DNA from: Octopus sinensis
Taxonomy: Eukaryota
DNA: 64,000 nt
Assembly: GCF_006345805.1 (NCBI RefSeq)
Contig: NC_043010.1
Location: 14,446,001-14,510,000 of the forward strand
Direction of reading: 5' to 3'
The notes below the pieces were generated by a model, which was not told the DNA's origin, searched no databases, and saw only the letters and a list, made by a program, of their open reading frames with translations. How positions within the stretch are numbered: the stretch's first letter is position 1; the number at the start of each line of letters is the position of its first letter. A program made the position numbers and the translations under genes. Positions 26,707 to 39,659 of this stretch are shown here, piece by piece.

Positions 26707-29408
26707 TACCAACTACAACAACAGCTGTACTCCATACAGACGACTCAGCAAAACCAGGCAACATTGATACAAAGGCTGACACCTGGACTTACAGGGCACA
26801 TACAACAAATACAGACAGCCCAGCAGACCGAATATCCAGTCAGCACAGTCCCAGCAACTACAACAGTCTTGCCAGCAATAGGGCAGATGTATCCGGTACA
26901 ACAAGCATAATAACAGCAAATATCCAGGGTCTTTATCCGAAAACAAAACAGTGTAAAGTCCCTTTCTTGGAAGAATTAGCAACAGAAAACAACTCCAAAA
27001 TAATTGGAATTACTGAAAGTCATCTCAACGAAAACATCCGCAACAGCGAAATCACAATCAATAGATTCTACATCTTCAGATGTGATAGACAAGGCAGATC
27101 CCATGGGGGCGTTATCATGTATATCCATGATACCTATGCATGCATAGAACTTGTCAATGAATCAAATGCCTACTGCAGCCTGCTGTGCATAAAAATCATC
27201 CAACTTAACACAGTTGTAACAATAATGTACAGACCGCCAAACAGCCCAACATTATCCTTCACTGAGCCACTGACAAAGCTCCAACAAATTCTGGGAAACA
27301 TGGCGAGTCCAATGCCAGACATTATCCTCCTTGGTGACTTCAACTTCCCTAACATCATCTGGCCACATGGACACATACTAAAACTGGGGACAAAAGCTGA
27401 ACAAATACAGGCAGCCAAACTGTTGGAAGTCACAGAGAAATTATACCTCAAACAAATGATGACAGAAGCAACAAGAAATAATAATACGATCGACTTGGTT
27501 TTCACCAACAACGAGGACACGCTATTTGACCTTCACTCAACCCCAACAATCCTTTCAGACCACAATATTATTGAAATGCATTTACACACTGGTAATGAGC
27601 CCAATGCCACAACTCTTAAACAAAAGGACATGCCAAAGCTATGCAGGTATGATTATCACCAGGCAAATTGGGAAACTATTAACAACCAGTTACAAATCAT
27701 TGACTGGGATCTCTACCTTACTGGGCTAGATAAACACAAGAAATTCTTAAACAAGATCGAAGAAATATGTGCAAAAAATATTCCTCTAAAGAAAACCAAG
27801 TCCACAAAAAAACCTGTACCACGGGAGCGAAAGATCCTGATGCGCAAAAGGTCAAGACTAAGAAACAAAACATCTAAGCTGACATCAAAACATGAATTAC
27901 AGAAAGTCCTTGACCAAATATACAGATTAGAAGACAATCTAAAACAACACTATTATGAAGAACGTAACAATGCAGAAAAGAGAGCCATAGAAAACATCAA
28001 GAAAAATCCAAAATGTTTCTACAGTTTTGCAAAGAAATACTCGAATACCAAGTCAACAATAGGACCTCTCCGGAGACAAAATGGGAATGTAGTGAATAAC
28101 CCTATTGAAATGGCAGAAATGTCGGGTCAACAGTATGAAAGTGTCTTCAGTGAGCCATCTAAAACCATGAAGATCCATGACCCAGGAAAATTCTTCAAGG
28201 ATATCGACCATACTAAACCTACCCTATCCGACATTGATTTCAACCCAGAAGACATAGAAAGAGCCATAGACAAGCTCTCCATGCACTCGGCTGCGGGGCC
28301 TGACGGTTTCAATGCCATGATACTTAAAAACTGCAAGGTACAATTGTTGAAACCCCTTTACATGATATGGAGGGAATCTATGGAGAATGGCAAAATACCA
28401 AATACATATAAAGAAGCACACATAACTCCAATACATAAAGGGGACAGAAAATCAAAACCAAAGAACTACCGACCAATCTCACTGACATCACACATTATCA
28501 AGGTCTTCGAAAGAATAGTTTGTGGAAAACTGGTTGAGTTCCTGGAATCCAACAATCTGATGAATTGCAACCAGCATGGATTCAGGTTAGGTAGATCATG
28601 TCTTTCCCAACTACTGGCGCACCATGACCAAATCCTAGAAAATCTAGAGAATGGATACAACACAGATGTTATTTACCTTGACTTTGCCAAGGCATTTGAC
28701 AAGGTAGATCATGGCATCCTGGGTCACAAACTTCGAAAGCTAGGAGTAGGAGGAAAAGTTGGTACATGGATACATGAGTTCCTTACAAATAAAACTCAAA
28801 CAGTCACTGTGAATGGAACCCATTCAACACCATCACCTGTGACCAGCAGTGTTCCTCAGGGTACAGTACTCGGCCCAATCCTGTTTCTCATCCTCATCTC
28901 TGACATAGATGAGATACAACCAGCAACGTCTCATCCTTTGCTGATGACACCAGGGTCATGAGACAAATCAAAGACGGTGGATACAGAGGCCTTACAAAAG
29001 GACCTGACCACCATATATAAATGGCAGGAAACAACAACATGCTGTTCAATGATAAGAAGTTTGAACTAATTCGCTACGGAACAGATCAAGATCTGAAAAA
29101 TACAACAACTACAGAAACCATCAGGACAACAAATAATGGAAAAACAGTATGTGAAAGATTTAGGCATCCACATGGGAACCAACCTAAAATTCAGAGAACA
29201 CCTTGACTCAGTCTGTCTTACTGCAAGAAAGTACAGCGGGTAGATCTTGCGCACCTTCAAATCAAGAGATACCTCAACAATGAAAACCCTCTGGAACAGT
29301 ATGATACTTCCGAGGATTGACTACTGTTCTCAGTTGTGGTCACCAACAACAAAGGGCCAACTATCTAAGATGGAATCGCTCCAAAGAAATTTTACCTCAT
29401 ACTTCTCA
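26706..29408 (+). mobile_element. CR1/L2-group LINE: ORF1 C-terminus plus ORF2 (APE endonuclease + RT), runs into the gap
   Basis: APE motifs ANIQGL, GITESHL, YRPP, LLGDFNFP, SDHN; RT motifs NYRPISLTS, QHGFR, YLDFAKAFDKV, VPQGTVLGP; frameshift near 28925 before SFADDT. Confidence 0.95.
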
Positions 29409-29508
29409 NNNNNNNNNNNNNNNNNNNNNNNNNNNNNNNNNNNNNNNNNNNNNNNNNNNNNNNNNNNNNNNNNNNNNNNNNNNNNNNNNNNNNNNNNNNN
29501 NNNNNNNN
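29409..29508. other. Assembly gap (100 N)
   Basis: Run of N. Confidence 1.
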
Positions 29509-29772
29509 GTCACAACTGGAACGCTTTCGATCATACGTGTACTTAATCAGGTCTGATCCGGGGTTAAACAATATCAGCCACGCTGTTCACGGCTGGAATG
29601 GTTTTCGGCTGATGAAAAATCGACACAATAAAAAGAAACATCAAACAAAATCAACGCAACGAAGCCGAGAACTAATAGGCTGCAAGAAATCACAAGAAAA
29701 AAAAGCAAACAAACAAAAGGGGTAACCTACCAGCAGCTACCAAAATATAGGGGTCTCTGATTAAGTCTTTTA

Positions 29773-29949
29773 ATGAGGTTCCTTCTTGTGCTTCTGGTTT
29801 TACTTTCAGCTGTAATACTATCAACTGCAAACCTGCCAAAGAAGCAAGAAACTTTTAATAAAACAGAGACGAGGTTGCAGAACAAAGAAACAGCCATGTT
29901 GCAAAAGAAAAAGAAAAATCCAAAGAGTAGAGTTATATTCTTCAACTAG
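29773..29949 (+). CDS. Candidate 58-aa secreted peptide ORF (below the ORF-track cutoff)
   Basis: MRFLLVLLVLLSAVILSTA-NLPKKQETFNKTETRLQNKETAMLQKKKKNPKSRVIFFN*; signal-peptide-like N-terminus; weak start context; no homology recognised. Confidence 0.3.
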   Translation: MRFLLVLLVLLSAVILSTANLPKKQETFNKTETRLQNKETAMLQKKKKNPKSRVIFFN

Positions 29950-29958
29950 GGAGTTATA

Positions 29959-30377
29959 GGATCTTTTCGGTTTGAACGGCAGTTTTTAACATAATTTCTA
30001 GGTAACTAAAAAATTTTAAACTTCGTATACTGGTAGAATGTGTTTATAAAACATCTTTTTCTCTTGGATTTATTGAGAAAATTCTATAGTTTGTAAGATA
30101 TTTGTTTTTTTTTTCTTTTCAATTTCTGCAATTTCAACCAATCAAATACGTCCATTGAGGTGAAAACATTATGTGCCGTATGAATGTCTCTCGTTTAAGA
30201 AACAGATTGGGTTTATTTACATTTGTGAAGAAAATAAGATACCCTTCCCCCTAACCCTAACTAACCCTAACCCTAAAACAGATTGAAATGCAATAGATTG
30301 ATTTTAGGGTCATAATTATGGATGACAATTTTATATGACATCGCTAGAAAAAACTGCCGTTCAAACCGAAAAGATCC
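29959..30377. mobile_element. Unclassified 419-bp MITE with 29-bp TIRs and an internal (TAACCC)-like tract
   Basis: GGATCTTTTCGGTTTGAACGGCAGTTTTT at both ends; third partial copy at 30610-30960. Confidence 0.85.
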
Positions 30378-31463
30378 AAAAAATGAATAGCGTCAATGGT
30401 AAGTCTAGAGAAGGAAATCAAGGGAGGCAACTCCGAAAATACAACATTAAAAATCAAACGGAGAATGAATGAGGAATTATTTATAGCATTGGCTGTGTCT
30501 TTCACTAATTAATTCAGTTCTTGATTATTTATTTCTTTGTCCTTTACGAATCAATTTTGTCCTTCAGGAGTACAGTGACAAATTTTGTCACTCATCTCCC
30601 TGGGTTCGATAAACATCTTTTTCTCTTGAATTTATTGAGAAAATTCTATGGTTTGTAAGATATTTGGTGTTTTTTTCTTCAATTTCTTCAATTTCAACCA
30701 ATCACTGACGTCCATTGAGGTAAAAAAACATTCTGTGCCGTATAAATGAATATGTCCCTCGTTTAAGAAACAGATTGGGTTTATTTACATTTGTGAAGAA
30801 AAAAAGATACCCTTCCCCCACCCCTAACCCTGACTAACCCTACCTAATCATAACCCTAAATCAGATAGAAATGCAATAGATCGATACTAGGGTCATAATT
30901 ATGGGTGACAATTTCATATGACACCGCTAGAAAAAACTGCCGTTCAAACCGAAAAGATCCCAGTGCTATTGTCAGACATTACCAAATTAAATTCATAAAA
31001 GATACTCTGACTTAGCATTTATAATATATTGAGTACTTTTCTGCGGTTAATCGTCTTCTCGATACCAGATTTACAACACATACACACACATACAGGTTAT
31101 ATATATATATATATATTGTTTTGTATTTTATATTCGTGTGGCATCGTCCGTTTTTCTGTCCCTGTTTCGTATCATTCGATCCTCTTCCAAGAAATCAATG
31201 CTCGTAGCTTAGTTTTTCCTTGGGGCTGGCCGATCGGAGCGATCTCAAGATTAATCAGCCGAAATTGCACGATGATCCGGTCTTGACTGAAGATTGAAGG
31301 CTTCGAATGTCCCGTCCGTGTTTTTTGTATCGTCTTCTAAATGTTTTACGTTCTTGTCCCAGTTTGAATTTTTCTACATATAATAATAATAATATATATA
31401 TAATATGAGTATGTATGCACTCATATTTATATTTATATGTAAATTATTTTAGGGTTTGCATTA

Positions 31464-31580
31464 GAATCTCCGAAGAGGCCATAAGATATTCTTGTTAATG
31501 TCTCATTTATACCTGCATTATATGGCTAATAGGTTAAATGAGACATACCTATCTTCATGGCCGAAACAGCTGTCAGCTAC
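31464..31580 (+). ncRNA. Type I hammerhead ribozyme with extended stem II (CCGA core variant)
   Basis: CCGAAGA, GGCCAT/ATGGCC stem with an inner 11-bp helix tgtctcattta/taaatgagaca, GAAA, palindrome ACAGCTGT, GTC site; stem I weak. Confidence 0.7.
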
Positions 31581-32075
31581 AATGTAAATGTATTTTATAT
31601 CTTGTTATATTTATTTAGTTTTATCTCACCATATTGATTGTAATTATTGTACTGTATTAATATATAATCTCATTGCTATTGTGTAGTGTTTTAATAAAGT
31701 ATATGATTCGGTACTATCTGATAATTGATGATTGATTTAGATATATTTCTCCATTTTCTCATTTTGTATATATAGATATAGATATATTTCACAGGAAGGC
31801 TGTAAACAAAAATCTACTCACAGCCGTCAATAACAGCGATGCAGGCTAATATGAGAAACGGCAATTCTTTACCACCAAATTGATACATTATACCACCAAA
31901 AGGAGGACCGACTGAAAGAAGAGAAAAAAAATAATATTAAGTGAGAATTATTAATAAAACAAATAACATTAAATATAACATAAACACTGTGAAAAGAAAG
32001 AAGAGATTCTTTGAAATACAAAAGGAACAAGAATTAAACCAAAATGTGCAAAATTGTGTCAGAATTAATGGAAGT

Positions 32076-32458
32076 GGAAGCACTCCGTCGGTTACGACGA
32101 CGAGGGTTCCGGTTGATCCGAATCAACGGAACAGCCTGCTCGTGAAATTAACGTGTAAGAGGCTGAGCACTCCACAGACACGTGTACCCTTAACGTAGTT
32201 CTCGGGGATATTCAACGTGACACAGGAGTGACAAGGCCAGCCCTTTGAATACAGGTGGACAGCAGAAACAGGAAGTAAGAGTGAGAGAAAGTTGTGGTGA
32301 AAGAGTACGCAGGGATCACCACCATCCCCTGCCGGAGGCCTCGTGGAGCTTTAGGTGTTTTCGCTCAATACACCTCACAACGCCCGGTCTGGGAATCGAA
32401 ACCGAAATCCTATGACCGTGAGTCCGCTGCTCTAACCACTGGGCCATTGCGCCTCCAC
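32076..32458 (-). mobile_element. SINE family C with 13-bp TSD
   Basis: TSD aattaatggaagt at 32063-32075 and 32459-32471. Confidence 0.9.
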
Positions 32459-33783
32459 AATTAATGGAAGTATGGTTAGGAGGACGGAGAAAATGGCTTG
32501 CGGTATTTGATTCGGCTTTTTACTTTCTGAGTTCAAATGCTAGGAAGGTTTACTTTCAACGAGCTCTAGTATCAATAGAATAAAGTAGAAGTGAAGTACC
32601 GAGGTTGATTTTAATCGAATTACTCCTTTCCTCGCATTTTTTGCCTTTTACTTCTCTCGGAAACGATTACTAACATTGTGAGTTCTCTGGAATGGAAGAT
32701 TGATGAGAGCGCTTGACAATATATTTGCCGTAGTTGACAATTTTACCGTTCATCGTTTTCAAGTCGATAAAACAAGACACCCGCATATACAATGGTCAAT
32801 TTAATTAATTAGCTCAGCCCAAAATTGTGACCTTGTACTTAAGCAGGAAATAATTGTTCTTATTTTGGTTTAAGAGAATTCTTGAACGATCAAATAAAAC
32901 ATCCAACGCGAAAGGCAACAACAATTGTTCGACTCATCTACAACCGTGTTTCTTTTATCTCGGTGATGCAGACATGGCTGAGAGGTTAAGAAGATTGCTT
33001 TGTAACTATTTAGTTCCGGGTTCGATCCCACTGAGCTACCCTTGGGACAAATACTCTATCCCTAAACTGTGGTAGTTAATATAATATACATACATATATA
33101 TACTCTCTTTTACTCTTTTACTTGTTTGTCATTTTGACTGCGGCCATGCTGGAGCACCGCCTTTAGTCAAGCAAATCGACCACAGGCCTTATTCTTTGTA
33201 AGCCTAGTACTTATTCTATCGGGCTCTTTTGCCAAACCGCTAAGTTACGGTGACGTAAACACACCAGCATCGGTTGTCAAGCGATGTTGGAGGGACAAAC
33301 ACAGACACACAAACACACACACACACACACATATATATACACATATATACGACGGGCTTCTTTCAGTTTCCGTCTACCAAATCCACTCACAAGGCTTTGG
33401 TTGGCCTGAGGCTATAGTAGAAGACACTTGCCCAAGGTGCCACGCAGTGGAAATGAACTCGGAACCATGTGGTTGGTAAGCAAGCTACCTACCACACAGC
33501 CACTCCTACGCCTATATATATATATATATATATGCATATATACATACATATGGGAAAATTAGAAGTTGAAACTACATTGACAATAATTAAAATACTCTTA
33601 TTATTATATTTAAAGCTTTAACGGTTTCAGTTTCCACTGATTTTCAAAAAAGTTCAAATAGAAAGACATGGCTTATGTTGCAACTGTCTTGCTTCTGACT
33701 TGGTGTTGAAGCTTACCCCATGTTGATAAGGAGTTCATGGCTCAAATTAATATGTTTTGAATAGGACTTGATTGATATATGTA

Positions 33784-33814
<31 letters not shown>

Positions 33815-35167
33815 CTATTATATATATATATGTGTGTGTGTGGTGTGTGTGTGTGTGTGGTGTGTGTGTGTGTGTGGTGGTGTGGTGTGTGGTGTGTGTG
33901 TGAGTTTAAACTTCACGTTTCGCAACTCAAAATATAAAGTATGATATAAAAATTCCTTAAATGTATTAAGAAGACTAAGTAGAAAGGCGGCTTTTGATGG
34001 GACGCACAGAAATACTTGTAAAGACAAAAAAAGTGAAAGGTGAAAGAATGAAAATTTATGATTATGAAATGTAAGCGATAAAGAAATAAATATTCAAATA
34101 TGGCAAACGATGTTTTTTTCAGTTTTAGTTAGAACTGTCAGAAAGTGGTCCTGTAGAAACCCCGCTGCAAACCCCACCTGTAGAACCCCCCCCCCCATCA
34201 TAACTATATTTTGTACTCCTTTATCTTTCACTTTTTCCCCCCTGACTTCAATTAAAATGTTTGTTAGTGACTAAACTGATTTCATATTCAAAATAACGGA
34301 TTTCAAGTGAAACTCTTCGTATTTTGTCTGCAGGTCGGAGACGGAAATTTGGTTCGTGATGTAACGTGGCAACTTCAATAAATATAAAACTTGACTTAGG
34401 TATCGAGTAGTCTTTCTTCCGATCCTGTTTACCCTAATACGTTTGTACACACACACACACTGATGTATATCAGATTAATATAAAATAAATAAAATCTATG
34501 AATTGGTAAGGGTACTGTTGCTGGTGGTGGCGGCGATGGCATTTGTGGTGTTGGTATGAGTGTTAGTGTGGTAGCATTTGTCGCTTTTGTTGTTGCAGTA
34601 ATTCATGTTTAGTCTCACACTAACCCTGACCCAAAACACTTATAATCAAAAGCATTCCAGCCACGACCCTCCCGTCTTTTCAACGCTACCTTGCACGAAA
34701 TTATCTTTCATTGTTCCAGATGGTAGAGGTTTGAGTTGAGGAAGATTTGGCTGTCATTATTGGCAGATCGAGCGACCAGGTAGATGGAGTTGGTAGAGTT
34801 GTAGTATGCCTAGCAGTAAAAGTACTAATAGTAGTGATGTTACCAGTAGGTAGCGCTGTTGGTGGTGGTAGTGGTGGTGGTGTCTAGACGAACAGCTGGG
34901 AAAGTAGTCAGGAGAAACTTGCTAAAATTCAATGACATTTAAAAGCTGCCAGGATTCCAAAGTCTCTCTTTTTCACTCCCCCCCTCTCTGTTTTTCTCTC
35001 GTTCCTTCACCGTCCCTCCACCCCACTTCTCTTTATTTGTGACATAGATTCCAATAGTTTATACCTCAAAAGGAATATACACACAAAGTACTTATATGCA
35101 CACACACACACAATATATATATATAGATATAAACATATACACATAATACATACAAACACACACACAT

Positions 35168-35203
<36 letters not shown>

Positions 35204-35456
35204 TTACATTGAATGTAAACACAAACGTACCGAGTGCATATAAAATCACGAGATATAAACACAACTTAGCGTATATCGATGAAATGTGAAGAGAAAATGG
35301 AAGAAATGATGGAGGCAAGAAATATAGCAGAGAAGCGAATTAGAAGTGAGTGAGAGTAGAACAGCAGCAGAGATAAAGAGTAACAGACGAAGAAAAATGG
35401 ACTGAAGCCTGAAGTGTGACTACATACATGCATACAAACATACATCTATACATGTA

Positions 35457-35497
<41 letters not shown>

Positions 35498-35515
35498 TAA
35501 TGAAACAGAATTTTT

Positions 35516-35560
35516 ATCTTCCGACTCGAGTTTCACGCCATTGTGATCTTCAGGCGAGAA
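35516..35560 (-). ncRNA. Hammerhead ribozyme variant (degenerate stems)
   Basis: Minus strand CTGAAGA tcacaatggcgt GAAA ctcgag TC: intact core, palindrome ACTCGAGT, GUC site; stems I and II imperfect. Confidence 0.55.
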
Positions 35561-36188
35561 CAAGTGATGCAAAATTTAAGTCGTGAAATGAAAGTTCGGT
35601 TTTAGTAAAACTTTTACTCTACATGTATTGAGCACCCACCTCTCATCCAATCGACACTATCCAGCGTTCGTTATGCATGTGTGTGTGTTTGTTCATGTAT
35701 ATATATATATATATGTACGTATGTCTCTTCTATTTTTTTTATTACTATATATCTTCCACTGAGGAGTGAGTCAGTTTCCAACAAAGATACAAGACTCCAT
35801 TATGTATGTATGTATGTATGTATGTATGTATGTATGCATGCATGCATACATGTATGAATGCATGTATAATTATTCACAAGGACAACGGAGTGAGAAAGTC
35901 GTTTAAAATTAATTTACAATTGTTTCTTCGATTTTGATCTCAAAAGTATTGCTATATTATTATATAATACATACTATAGATTCCTGAGGTATCGTTATAC
36001 TGATATTTTAACCGAACGGCAACTCTGAAGAGTCGTGTATAAATCCATTTATATATATATATATATTATATATATCTATATATATAATACCGGAGTAAAC
36101 ACATAAATGTGAAACAAGGTGGAAAAAAGAGTACTCAAATACCAGTGGTAGAGTAATATGCTTTATTTTAAGCAGCAGAAAATTCAAC

Positions 36189-36236
36189 AAAATCTGTTAC
36201 TCTGAGTTTCTCGTTGCCGTTCATCAGACAGTTTTT
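36189..36236 (-). ncRNA. Type I hammerhead ribozyme, 3' pLTR copy
   Basis: aaaaactgt CTGATGA acg-gcaa-cga GAAA ctc-a-gag TA acagatttt on the minus strand. Confidence 0.8.
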
Positions 36237-39200
36237 GCTAGAATGGAACTTATATATCAATTCAATCTATACTCTTACAACGCTACGCAACACCTTTAAA
36301 AGAAATGGACTTGTTTGATTGGCCCTTTAGAAAAAACGGTCAATCTTCGAGCGATAAACAAAAAGGTCAAAAATATATGTATATATATATAAAAAAACTT
36401 ATAAAAATTATAAAATCCGAGGAAAACCGAGGAAAAAACCTATTGCCGTTAATGAAGACAGTGCAAATTAATGCATAGAAATTAAACCTGTTATAAATAC
36501 TGCAATACATATTTATATTAAAATCTACATATATATATCAACATACACAAAAGGATGCGCGTAAACGCCATACATACATATACAGACGTATGAATATGAA
36601 TCTAAATATACACATAAAAGCATGTGTACATATATTCACGCAAACCGTCTCGCACGCAAGCTAAAATTCATCTATGTAGCAATTCTCATATACTGAGCAA
36701 GGAGGGGGAACGAAAGAAAGGGAAAGAGAGAAAAAGGAACGAAGGAGGGGTGGGGAAAAAACTTGTAACGATGTTATTGGCATCTATAGAGACCAGTATA
36801 CATACACAAGTTTGAATGGATACATATACATACCGTCGTGTATATGTGTGCTTAAGCACAAGCATACTTTCACTTACACATACACAGATACGCATGCTTA
36901 CAAATACATATGCTTTGCTATACACATACTTATATAAACATTCTAATTTTGACAACATTGCTTTTTTTAAAAAAACATTGCTTTTAAAAATGGGTGCATT
37001 AATAAAAATATATACGAAAGACATAAAATAAAATATAACATCCTATTTTGGGTCATTTATAAATAATCAAGGTAATATAAATAATCAAGGTAATCCTATG
37101 CAATACAATAACATGAAAACAAAGTTTGTAGGTTTTTCCTAATATATATGTAGAAACATAAGACTTTGCTATACGGATTAAGATCCGCGTAGCTTGGAAA
37201 CAGAATCAAAATTCATCGTAGCGCTCAAGAGTCAAATCAAAATCAAAAATCAAAATACAAAATATATACTCTATCCATATGGTATATTTTATTCGACATT
37301 TTAATTTAAGCCGCGTGCCTACATAAGTTCATTAACTCACTTCTTTGATTCAAAGAATTATTGTCTTTGAATAATATGTGCATTTTTTCTAATAGGCAAA
37401 GTCTGCACTTGAAATTATATTTGTAAGCTCCATGCCTGTATGGTGCCGCCCTGTCCAGAATGCTCCATGTCACGTTGAAAGGTGGGGCTTCCTTTTCTTT
37501 TAGTTCCCAGACATATTTTGCTAGGCTGGTTTTCTTCCTATTCTCTGGGTATTAAAAGAATTTTTATGAGAATAAAATCTTGTTTTAAATGAATTTTCTG
37601 AAGCCCCTGTGTATGTCTTGTATTCCGATGAGCCTTCCACTTGCACCTTGGCTCTATAAACTACTCCTTTCACTAGACATTTCCCTTCTAACGGACAGGA
37701 GCTTTCGTTTTTGAAATTACATTTCTTAATGGTTCGGCACCATGTCTAATCTCAATTAGCTTCCTATTATGTTGGCTAATGTAAGAGGCGAAATTTCTGC
37801 AACAAGAATAGCTAACCTTCAGGGTTCTTCTATTAATATTCTGTAGAATTTATGACCCTGCTTAAAATGCTTAGAGACTAATCTCAAAAATTCCTTACCT
37901 ATATTAGTCTTTACGGCCAAATTGAAAGCCGGGTTGAACCACAAAACTTTCCTGGTCCTAGTTCTTCGTGCAGCATTATTATTAGCATTAAGCTGGTTGA
38001 ACTGGATCTTCTCCGAGAATCCACTATTCTTTAATGCGCTATCGTAATAATGTGCAGCGTTATGGAATGCTGCCTCGTCCGAAGAAATTGAAGATATTCT
38101 TCTACCTACATTGCTGACTAAGTTGCTAAGGATAACTGGTGGATGGTTCGAATCTTTGCTAATATACGATAGCTTTTCATTGGGCTTACGGAAAGGTTTA
38201 AATCTATCCGATCTTACATTAAAATTTACGTCTAAAAAATCTACACTATTCAGGTTAGCATCTATCGTAATCCGTAAGCCCATCCTTTGAAAGAAAGCTA
38301 TAAGGTCCTTCCTAAGTCTATCTGATTCATGGCCGTTTAGATTATGCGTGGCTATAAGGCCGTCATCCCTATATAAACCTGCATCTATAAATGGGAATTC
38401 TATTTTTAGATTACGGAGAATAAAGGCTCCTATGAGCATACATAATTAATTCAGCCCCGTCGTATGCCCCCATCGGTACATCGAAAAGAGAATCCTCAGT
38501 CTTCTTATCCAGGTGGAATCCTCGAAAAAAAGAAGCGATTTCCTCGCATGCATAATAATTTAATTTCCGAGCTATCGATGTTGACGTACTGCTTGGCGAA
38601 GTCCATGCCCTTAGGAGCAACGTCCTAGATATTGACGGGTAAAAGTCAATAATGTCGAATTGTGTGAAACTACAATTATTCTTATAGCTAATACCTTTAA
38701 AACACTCTATAACTGACTTACTATTCTTCCAAATTCTCAAGTCTACTTCACTATCTAACTAACTAAAATACGGTCCAAATATTTTTGCTAATAATTCCTA
38801 TCTCAGTTTTAGCCGGATTTATCAATCTACATTGGGTTTCTACTAAAATTGGCTTTATGGTCTTTCAGAGTAATAAAGCTGGTCGTGTGAAAGGTATTCA
38901 ATCCTATCGCTAATCTTAAGATCGTTAGCTATTCCTCTTGCTTCTAAGTTCCCTCTTTGTATATATTCGTGTAGTCTTTTTTGTATGTGTCCGTGACACT
39001 ATTCGAAATCAGGCGTTTATAAACTCCTTATCAAGTGCATATAAGTTCCTTGTCTTGTCAGAATTAACGAAGATCTTATTCGAGTCGTTAATCTCCTTAA
39101 TTTTTTCTCTCATATTTGTCTGCAATTGGTTGGTATATTTGCGGAATTTAATTTTCCTAATAGCTCGAAAAGGTCTTTCTCGAGGCTTCTAATTCCGGAA

Positions 39201-39559
39201 TCGGTGGCGGGTTTCTGGGAGATTTAAATCCATATTTTTTTCCTTCTATTTTCTGTTTATTATCAAAGAAGAAGGCTTTCCATCTCAGTCTAATTACTAA
39301 TACTCTTCTTCGTTTTCTCTATAAGACCTTTGAGATATTGTTTCCGTGCAGGGATAGTATATTTTTCTGAGAAAAATCCAGCGGGTAAAGTTCCATCTTT
39401 TTCAGCTGTTTGTTCTTCCTACTTGTGCAGAGTCGCTCAAACTTTTACAAGGAGCGGGTTAGACCGGAGTAACACATAAATGTGAAACAAGGTGGAAAAA
39501 AGAGTACTCAATACCAGTGGTAGAGTAATATGCTTTATTTTAAGCAGCAGAAATTCAAC

Positions 39560-39607
39560 AAAATCTGTTACTCTGAGTTTCTCGTTGCCGTTCATCAGAC
39601 AGTTTTT
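39560..39607 (-). ncRNA. Type I hammerhead ribozyme, 5' pLTR copy
   Basis: Identical core to 36189-36236. Confidence 0.8.
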
Positions 39608-39659
39608 GCTAGAATGGAACTTATATATCAATTCAATCTATACTCCTACAAACGCTACA

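Noticed and set aside
30250-30280. Telomere fusion scar
   Set aside because: The TAACCC tracts are internal to a repeated MITE and present in every copy.
31285-31320. CTGAAGA..GAATGTC
   Set aside because: GAA rather than GAAA, and no stem I pairing.
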